From assembly GCF_009914755.1 (NCBI RefSeq), contig NC_060927.1: 64,000 bases of DNA, one strand, 5' to 3'. Positions 53,157-64,000 of this stretch are shown here, in pieces (position 1 is the first letter of the stretch; the number at the start of each line of letters is the position of its first letter). This DNA comes from the human T2T-CHM13v2.0 reference genome, Homo sapiens. Under the pieces are notes generated by a model, which made no database searches, was not told the DNA's origin, and saw only the letters and a list, made by a program, of their open reading frames with translations. A program made the position numbers and the translations under genes.

Positions 53157-54236
53157 GTAATTTATATATTTTTTTCTAATGCACGTTCTCAGTACCTCTT
53201 ACATTTTATAATATGGTGAATGGAATAGGCTATGCCAGTGCTGTATTTCTTATGTTGGTTTTCTGTTCATAAGATAGGCTTTTTTTTTAAAATTTTCACA
53301 TATTTGATTAATACACTGGGGCAGAAAAAGGCTTTAAATTATATATGCTCTCCAATTGTGTGATTACTGTATAAAAAGTAATTGATTATAATTTTATCTA
53401 ATCCTGCCAATTTCTACTTTACAAACAGTATTCCCCAAATAAAAAAGAAAACTCTAGGAGTGAAGAAGAGTTTGTTAGAAATAAGGATGCAATTTGATAG
53501 CTTTATGGCCAGACACCCAAGAATTGCCTAAATGTTCTCCCTACTACCAATTCCAACTCAATTTTTGATCCTTCTTTGTCTTCACCAGAACATTCCAAAG
53601 GAGCTACTTGCATAATAGCAAGTGAAAATCAAAGTGAGACTCTATTAGTTGGGCCACTGCCTCCAGTGCACTAACACGAGGCTGTCGTGATAGCTAGGTA
53701 GATGGGTTGGTTCGGAACGTGGCTTAGAGTCATTTTTCTCTTAGGCTCAAATTTGTCAAATTTGACAAGTGAGCAGGCTATCCTCTCCTGTATACTTGAT
53801 AATGATTATTACAGTGTACTCTGTGCCACCTTGGTGGCCCTTAGAGTTGTATGTTTAAGCTGCAGATAATTTGCAGAGCATTGGCTGAAACACATAAAAT
53901 CACATGCTTGGATGCCACAGCAATGTCAAATCGCTATATGTTCTTAAGCACTTGTGGCTCAGTCACAAACACAACTTGCAGACTAGCACCTGTTTGTGGA
54001 TCACACTTTGAGTAGTACTGAGTTTAAGTCACTAATATTTTAAACCTTAATAACTTACACCTATCCCTGCAGAGGGGAATAGGTTCATTATATAAGATTA
54101 ATCAGAAACCATCCCATATACATGGAGGACAATAGTGAAAATAGTCAAATTTTAATTTCAAATTACAAATGTAAGCCCTCTAGGACTGCTGGACATGCAG
54201 TGGATGCTGACTTTTCTCTATAATTTTTTTTAATAG

Positions 54237-54338
54237 GTGGTATTAAAGATGGTCACTGAGATTAAGAAGATTCCTGGTATTTCTCGAATTATGTATGACT
54301 TAACATCAAAGCCCCCAGGAACTACTGAGTGGGAGTAA
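54237..54338 (+). CDS. GMPS: GMPS exon 16 coding part ([11 protein letters not shown]...KPPGTTEWE*)
   Basis: taatag|GTG acceptor; conserved C-terminal [14 protein letters not shown] then TAA TAA. Confidence 0.98.
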   Translation: MVLKMVTEIKKIPGISRIMYDLTSKPPGTTEWE

Positions 54339-54359
54339 TAAACTTCTTGTTCTATTAAA
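54337..54359 (+). terminator. Proximal polyadenylation signal candidates (AATAAA 54337-54342 overlapping the stop; ATTAAA 54354-54359)
   Basis: Hexamers seen directly; GU-rich gtaccgtgtg follows. Confidence 0.5.
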
Positions 54360-54602
54360 GTACCGTGTGCAGTTTAAATTGATTAGAAATCATTCCCATT
54401 ATTGACATGCAGTACTGTGAAAAGAGTTACTGGAGCAGCTACATCACATCTGAGTTCTCCACAGCAAAAATCTACGGCTTAAGAGCTGAGTTGGGGATAA
54501 CCAAAAGGGACTGAAGAGTTTGTACGGGTAAATAATCAAAGCACCATTGCCTACACTCAGACAGATTGATACTGCTTTTGCCTTTGCCTCACTTATTCTT
54601 TA

Positions 54603-54630
54603 TGTATAAATTCACTGTTGATGTCTCTGT
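54603..54630 (+). terminator. Variant polyA signal TATAAA (54605-54610) with overlapping TGTA and downstream GU-rich tract
   Basis: tgTATAAAttcactgttgatgtctctgtg. Confidence 0.35.
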
Positions 54631-56489
54631 GAATATGTATGAAGGTGGGTGAATTTGGGGGTAATTATGGGCTTCTGTCTCCTTACCAGTTTCTAAGAAC
54701 TGTTAGAAACGCCCATTATTTACCAGTGTTACTTACTACTTATATATACTTTTTGGAGAATCAGTTTTCTTATAAGTAATCTTATTTCTCCAAAGGGTGA
54801 AAAAGAGATGAACATATCAGATAAAGGTATAGGTGGGCTATTCCAGCCACTTTTGAAGGACACTGAGGGTATAAAATGTAAGCTACCATAAGATGGAAAA
54901 GCACCAGGAATTTGTTGATGTACTTTTGAATTTTATTTCACAGCCTTGGGAGGAAGAAACTATGAGTGGTCTCAGATGTCTATGAATGGTCTTAAAATGT
55001 TTTCAAACCATGTTCCACATAGATGCCATGTTATTCAATGTCAGCTTGTTTATTAGTAAGGAGCTTTATCCTCCTAGCCTTATATTACCAGCCCCCCACA
55101 GCCTTGCATAGAAAGTTTCTGTTATCTCCTTAGAAGAAACTGGCTCAATGACGTTTCTGGTGTAGTGCAGATAGAGGTCAAGAGGAGCATTTTCATCTCT
55201 TCTTTTGCTGGTCAGAGAAACGGTTCTGAGATCACAGAAGCTATGATGCATACCTACAGCTTACAAAAGGGAGAGGAAAAATGTTTATATCATCTAGTAA
55301 ACAGTTGTAAAATGAGCTTTTAAATCTAATCTATAGACATATTATTCATTGCTCAGACACCTGTGAACAGTCTTGATACATGCAAGATGTTTGCCAAACT
55401 TTGTAATCCTTTCTACTAGCTATAAGAGAGGATTTAAGAACTGGTGTAGGACTTGTTGCCATCACCACCAGTTTCTAACAGATCTTTTATAACATTCACA
55501 TAAGTACTGTAGACAGTAGTAGACTTAAACTCTCCGTTTCTCTCAGTATTTTAGCTAAGAATGTTACCATATTTTTCTCTTAACAATTCCATCTCAGGTT
55601 GCTGCTGCTTGTCTAGTTTAAAAGGTCAGATCTATTAATCAGGAATGAAATTTTATTTGGGATTCAGTGTTAGACAAACAACAAAATGATGCGTGGCAGA
55701 AGTCATCTTTTTATTCTGGCTGGTCCAGGGAACAAGAAAACTGCTGCTGGACCAGCAAGGGAAGAGTTTCTGTCTGTCTTAACAGAAATCTGTCCCCAAG
55801 ACAAAGGGGTACTTGACTCCTACAAAACTTAAAGGGTACATTCTCTATCTGATGAGGAGGTACTCATTATGGCCTTCTGGAAAGAGGCTATGTTAGTGAT
55901 CTGGTCTTTACAGATTTAGAGTCATGTTATTTGAAAGCTAGAATAGACAACCTATAAAATGCTTACCAACATGTGTCAGTACACGTTTATGTTTATATGA
56001 AAAAAAATTTCTAGCCACAGTGTCTTATGATTTTGTATTGAAGCAAACAGTAGGAATTTTGGAAAAATAGAGAGTAAGAATGTGTGTTCTATGGAACACT
56101 GCTCCACTGAGAAGGTCCATGTAAAAAGGATTAGGTGGTCATATAAGTTTGGGGAACATAAGCTCACTTGTCCTTTCCTGGAGATTCATGGTATATAATA
56201 TTCAAAGCTCTGAGAAATTCTGAAGTTAAAAACAATTGTTAAATTCTGCTTAAATTAGTGTTTTCCTGATATTTGTTTTTTGAACACCTTTTATATAATC
56301 CCTTCTAATATATACTTAGTATATACTTAATATAATATTGGGAAAATTGTTACTCCAAAGCACATCTTGACATGACATAGTTTCTTAAAAATCCAAATTT
56401 TCTGGAACTCAGAAATTTCCTAATATTTAGCATACTGTCTTCTTTTGCACAGCACTTTTTGCTTTGTGCCATATAGCATTACTCTGTAC

Positions 56490-56650
56490 CTTCACAGTAT
56501 TTCATCTGAGCCACTGAGGAAAGTTAAAGGTTGCACTTCCATTTTACAGTTAAGAAAACAAGCTCACCTTAGGCATGGTTACTTAATTAATTTCAGAATT
56601 AAATTTCAGGTTTCCTTAGTCCAGATTGTCCTGATGTGTATTCTGACACC
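56490..56650 (-). mobile_element. MIR SINE in the 3' UTR region
   Basis: ccattttacagttaagaaaacaagctca core-like. Confidence 0.5.
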
Positions 56651-57769
56651 TAAAATTATATAAACATTTATGGGATGCTTATTTTACTAAGACTAGAATG
56701 GTGGCTACCTGGCTAATAACATTCATCATTGGTTATTCTGGGCATATCATGACTTTATTCCCGTTGCTTACCATCTACCTGGGACACATCTCTCTTTGAT
56801 TAAATATATTCTTTTTCTTTGTACTTTTTAGGTAGACAGAGAATGTAGATCATTGAAAGCATTATTTATTCCTAAGATTGGCAGGCACAGAATCATTTTT
56901 AAGAACCAAATACCCAGTCCTGCCTTAAAGGCCACATCTATGATCATCAGCTCTGTTAGAAATAACAGCCTGGCATAATTCCTAAATACAAGTCTGTAGA
57001 TATATCCAGGAGATAGGGTTACACTGTTTTCTAACCTTTTTTAAATCCCTTAATCTTGAGGTAAACTGCATGCATTTAGTCAAACAAGCATCATAAAATT
57101 TGTTTCCTCACTGTTTGGGCTTAACCTCCTGATAGCCTGTTTTACTGAATAACTTGACCCTAACCTGTAGAGAATAAGAGCATTCAAATTAGGAAGGCAG
57201 GACTATCCATCTTTAGTGCTTTTCCTGCCGTTAAACAACAATGTGAACTTGGTCAAGTCATTTCTGTTCTTTATCTGTGACATGAGGTAACTGTATTAAA
57301 TTTTCAGCATCAAATCCAGCTATAAATTTGTATTTTGTAAACAAGAGAAAGTAAAGCAGGAGACAGAATGGAGAAGCTGGATAGTGTTTTTTTTTTTTTT
57401 TTTTTAAGGTTCTTTTATCATCAGATATGACACAAAGGGAAACATCAAAATGCACCGTAAAGTTAAATCCTAGTTACCTTTTTTTGAAGCTGTTGGCAAG
57501 GTTTGACCACTTGGGGCATCTTCTGCTGTGAGATGACACTTGAAAAACACCCATCAAAGTTTTCCTGGTAGGAATCTCTCTTTACTGCGTGTTTTTTTGA
57601 AAAGCTGACAGAGAATATGCTTTGGCTTTGACACTAATGAAGTCACCCATCATCAATTACATACAGCTAATTGTTGGGAGCTAGAGCTAGAATCCAAGCT
57701 TTCTGATTCTCTGCATGGAAGAGGAAATGCTCTAGGGCCCTTCAGGGCAAATCTTAAAAGGAAGTTCTT

Positions 57770-58109
<340 letters not shown>

Positions 58110-58696
58110 TCAAAAGTGTTAATTGTCTCCTTACTTACAGTGAGTTTCTAGAGATAGCCCTGTCTTTCAGAAATTCTCTGACATCTGCTTGCGCAATGTT
58201 ATAACCACTTTCCCACACTACTCCCCTCCAGAAATCTCATTGATATGTGGCGAGGACACGCCTTAGCTATCACCCCAATGGATGCTTCTTTCATTGACCC
58301 AAATCCAGAATGTAATGGGGAACTGAATACAAGTTGGATGTCTCCACCCTTGGAAAGCACATCTTTTGTTCTTACTGAAGTAGTTTAACACCACCAGATG
58401 ATCAAGGGATCAGGGTATCTTTCTGGTATCTTTTTAATCACTGAAGGACTTTGACAGCAGTAATGGTGGCATTGTTGACTCTTAAATTTCTGAACGTTTC
58501 ACTTAATGGCAAGTGAAGAGATATAGAATCCCCCAAAGAGTGTCAAGATGCTAACTTCCAACCCTATTTTTATGTACTGAAGAGGCCTCAGTGTCTCACT
58601 GAACTCTAACCTTTTTGTCAGTGTTCCTCAACACTGGATGCGTATTATTACATAACCTGAGGAGTTAAAAAATACAATAACCAGATGTCCAATTAA

Positions 58697-59034
<338 letters not shown>

Positions 59035-59586
59035 AAGCATTTACAGTTTTAAATCTCCCAGTCAGAATAAATTCTTATTGAGGGCCATACCTAGCCTGTC
59101 TTCATCAAACTCATAGGTGAATCTTTGTCAAACCTATAGGAGAGAGATGCAGGCCATAGAGATGGTCTTGCTGAAGGTCTTATAGCTAAATTAGTTCAGA
59201 TCCAGGAACCAGATTCTGGAACTGATTGCACCTATATTATGTTGTGTGTCAGACACTCCCAGGACCTGTTTGGTAATAATTAGGACAGCTGACATACTTG
59301 TTGCTAATTTTGAGATCTGGGCAACAACTGTGTAGGCTGTTCTTTCAACCTCTTTCTTCTTACTTCTTTACTTTTCCTTCAGAGAGGAGAAAGCCACCCC
59401 TGTGCTATAGCCACCGCTCCAATTCTGACTCTAGCTAGGTCATGAAACAGACTGAGCTATTATTGCATCAACACATAAATCCTGTCATTTGGGTATTATT
59501 CTTTAGAGAACTAGAGATTACCTAGCTGCAACCTAAGTTTCCTGAATTAGAATCATTTGAGCAGCACCATCTTAATTGGCTCATTA

Positions 59587-59890
<304 letters not shown>

Positions 59891-60646
59891 AACATATTTG
59901 TTCACTTTTGAACCCTGTGGTGTCTTTTAACTTTGTTAAGGGCCCTTGGTTAGCAAAATTATGAAAGTTTAGGAAATTTGGCTATTGAGTATATTAAGTA
60001 CAACTACAAAATCCTCTGAGTTCTCCAGGAAGCCTAAACCTTGAGCAGTATCTTATTCAAGTGGAGTATATATCTTCAAGAATACAGATTTTTAAGGTAA
60101 GTAGTTTTTCGTCTTTGCATCTCCTAAGACCATTGTTAACAACCTTGATATTAAACGAAGAAGTGAATGTAAACCTCCTTTTGAACATATTTTTTATAAA
60201 GAAATATTTTGTTAATTGGAGTAAGTAGTATTGTTATGAAATCACTGTGTAATTGTTAATTGTAAACTGCAATGTCTATTTTGTGTTGTAACAATGTTGC
60301 CATAAAATAGCTTTGCTAAATGTGAAATGACTTTAATCCCTTTTGTCTTCAATATACTTCATAAAGGAGGAAATGATGATTTACACAATTTGTCATGAAG
60401 CTTCCGTGTTTATGAGAAATTCCAAGAAGTAAGAGCCAAGAGGACAGATATTATCAGAATATGGGACATAAGAAATTGCATATAGTGTCAAGGGTTTCTA
60501 TATAACAACTTAATTTATTTCCCTTGCATATATAGTAGGGGTTAACATTTTGCTCAATGTTAACGGGGGACATAATGGACATAAAACATTGGATAGCTTT
60601 TTATTTAAATGAGCTAAAGGTGTGCGTATACACATGCACTTATAAA

Positions 60647-60652
60647 ATTAAA
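60647..60652 (+). terminator. Distal polyA signal candidate ATTAAA for a long (~6.3 kb) 3' UTR
   Basis: tataaaATTAAAgtc with T/GT-rich sequence downstream; use is inferred, not shown. Confidence 0.4.
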
Positions 60653-61726
60653 GTCATATATGTATATACACACAGACTTATGTGACTTATTGCATATTCA
60701 TTTACGTTTGACCAAATCTTTTGTCAATTTCTCAAGAACAAATTAACCTTTATTTAATACATAAATCAGGTCCTTTTAAGTGTTTGGAACTATGTTATCA
60801 GAGTTGATTAAACCCATCAAAGTAAATGTACTAGTGAGTCATCAATATGAAGATTAGAAGAAGTAATCACTTTGAGAAACTGAATTCCATAGTTACTTTC
60901 AGGCAGTCATATTACTGTGGTTTGTTTCCCTTCAAGTCAGTGCCCTTGCCTGGCCTTCTGTTATCTGAGAAGAGTGTATTTGAGACAACTATATTTTGAA
61001 AATTTTTTTACCGTTTTAGCATAATTCATAACAAAAGTATTAGGTTTCTAATCTCGAACTCCTATATTTCAAAACTGACATTCTGTCTCTTAATACTCCT
61101 TTTATCAAAAGCTATATTAAGCACCACACAGCTGTTTTTGTTTTTGCTTTTTGTTTTTTTGGTAGATTATTAGTGAGTTATTCTAATGAATTTATATAGA
61201 TTATAAGAAAAGCAGCTAGGAATCTTATGTTAACCTCACTTTTCAAGTAGTGTGTCAAATTCTAACCATTAATTCCTTTTTTTATATTTCAGAATGCCAT
61301 TCCATATGTATATATTACTGTTCTTTTAGGTAATATGAAACCTGCCAAAACATTCTTTTTTAAAAAATAACATTATTAGAGAAAACTTTTTAAAATTCCC
61401 ACTTAATTTGGCTACATAAATGGTGTGGAAAACACGAACCTTTTGTCAAGATGTCTTTATCTAATTGCATTAGGATGATTGATACTCTGAATAAGAAGAA
61501 AGTTTCAGTGGACTAAAAATGTATCTGGCTAAGTAAGAAAATCTCATCTTTTGATTCTTTTGGAAAACAACTTCTATTTTATCATGAGTAGTAGTGAGGA
61601 TATAATAGATTGAACTGCTTATTTATAGTGCTTATTTTGTTTATGGGAGAGTACCAAGAATTATGTATATCATTACTATTAGGTGTTCAACGACCTTTTT
61701 AAAATTATTGTGAAAATGCTCAAGCA

Positions 61727-62024
61727 GGCTGGGCAAGGTGGCTCACACCTGTAATCCCAGCACTTTGGGAGGCCGAGGTGGGTGGATCACGAGGTCAGGA
61801 GATCGAGACCATCCTGGCTAACCCGGTGAAACCCCGTCTCTACTAAAAATACAAAATATTAGCCGGGCGTGGTGGCGGGCGCCTGTAGTCCCAGCTACTT
61901 GGGAGGCTGAGGCAGGAGAATGGCGTGAACCCCAGGGGGCAGAGCCTGCAGTGAGCCGAGATCGCGCCACTGCACTCCAGCCTGGGCGACAGAACGAGAC
62001 TCCATCTTAAAAAAAAAAAAAAAA
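61727..62024 (+). mobile_element. AluY
   Basis: TSD gaaaatgctcaagca; many CpGs retained. Confidence 0.95.
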
Positions 62025-62143
62025 GAAAATGCTCAAGCATACACAAAAGTAGAATAATGCAATTAGCACACCCCAATATTCCTATTACTCAGACTCAAGA
62101 ATTAGAATAACATGATTTCTTAGTGACTGAATTCGCCATATAG

Positions 62144-62524
<381 letters not shown>

Positions 62525-62700
62525 TAATTCATTTACTTAATTTAATGCTTATGCTGCTGTCCTGGCCTATTTTCTGTTAGATTTTGCTTAAAGAGAAACT
62601 TAAAGATTCATCATTGAATAAGATACATTTTGAATGGCATTTTTTACTTGTGTTTTCTTTTTCTGGTCAGGCTGCTAGAGTACCTGATGTGAATTTAGTA

Positions 62701-63152
62701 TAGAGGTTCCCAAACTTTCTCCTTTGACAGTTCCCTTAGTAATTTTAGTAGTGTCCCTAGGCCAAAATAAGTAACAGTTCCATTTATTAATAGTTATGAA
62801 ACAACTTAAAAATATGCTAACAACATAGCCATTTGAAAAAATATTATATGTAAATGAAAAAATTCATTCTTTTCATTCTTAAACTATGAATGGGATATAT
62901 GCATCTGTTGAGCACTGTATAGCTTATCAAATCACTGCCATCTTTGTTTTGTTTCATGCTGATTTTTGCACCATACATGTTTTTAATCACAGCCACTGAA
63001 AACCCAGCCAGCTTTGTAAACATGACATCATTAAATGGAATGTAGCATGATGCTGTGTTGAAAACTGACCACAAGCTAATAGTTCACTTTGTGTCTATGT
63101 GAGTTTGTTACAGTGGCTTGGAGTTGCCTTGGTGCACGGTTTGAGAACCGTG
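62701..63152. mobile_element. Charlie4a-like hAT element
   Basis: gaggttcccaaact ... cacggtttgagaaccgtg termini. Confidence 0.6.
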
Positions 63153-63234
63153 GTGTCTGATTATTGTGATTTTTTTTCTTTTCTCAATTTTTCTTAACTT
63201 TAAAGGATATATCTTAAAATATATATGTGTCCTT

Positions 63235-63531
63235 GGCTGGCTGCAGTGGCTCATGCCTACTGTAGTCCCAGCACTTTGGGAGGCTAAAGCAGGTAGATCG
63301 TTTGAGCACAGGAATTCAAGACCAGCCTGGGCAACATGGCGAAACCCCATCTCTACAAAAAAACACAAATATTAGCCAGGTGTGCACCTCTAGTCCCAGC
63401 TACTTGGGAGACCGAGGCGGGAGAATCACTTGAGCCCAGGATGTCACAGCTGCAGTGAGCTGTGATCGTGTCAACTGCACTCCAGCCCGGGTGAGAGAAC
63501 GAGACCTTGTCTCAAAATATATATATATATC
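63235..63531 (+). mobile_element. AluJ with (AT)n tail
   Basis: Diverged dimer. Confidence 0.9.
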
Positions 63532-64000
63532 TCCTTAATATTGAAAGTGTTGTCTTTTCTGTTTTGACATTTAAGAGTTGGAATATTTTACAAAAATATA
63601 GATACTTAAGAATCTTATTGCATCTTCGTGGCGTAGAGGTACAGACATCCCATATATTTCTTAAAGTAGACATGTATAGAATGTCCCTAGATCCACATTT
63701 AAAGCCTACTTAAATTCACTTTGGAGCTAGCTTTGTCAGGTAACTGGTATTACTACAGAGATTTAAAACTATCTCATACCTTTTAGACCATTATGATAGA
63801 AGTGAATATTCTAATATACTGGATTTAGAAAAGGCCAGATATGCTATTTACAGTTGTGTTACTATATTGGTTTCCCTTTGTAAAGTAAGGGGAAATGGTC
63901 ACCACATGTATTTTTAAATTTTTCCTGTTAAGTAAACAATAATGGCCATCCTTTGGATATGTTTAAGTTTAGAGATGTCGTTCAGTAAGGCAGAGAGGGA

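Overview
Primate (very likely human) genomic DNA containing most of GMPS (GMP synthase, glutamine-hydrolysing) on the + strand. It covers the 3' part of intron 1, coding exons 2-16 and a long 3' UTR/flank. All introns are GT-AG and the exon phases join into one uninterrupted 2055-nt frame ending ...[11 protein letters not shown] at 54338. Exon 1 and the promoter lie upstream of the window. The introns are dense with Alus (more than 45), old L1/L2/MIR fragments, hAT and Tigger DNA-transposon relics and two solo LTRs. I found no convincing evidence of an undescribed biological system. The most noteworthy items are a young twin-primed (5'-inverted) L1PA2/3 with a perfect TSD and a chimeric junction ORF, an unexplained antisense terminal-exon-like segment in intron 7, a stop codon overlapping AATAAA plus inverted Alus in the extended 3' UTR, a local duplication of a MIR segment, and several fold-back templated insertions inside Alus. 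Repeat boundaries are read by eye and are approximate to a few bases; subfamily names are from memory of consensus sequences.
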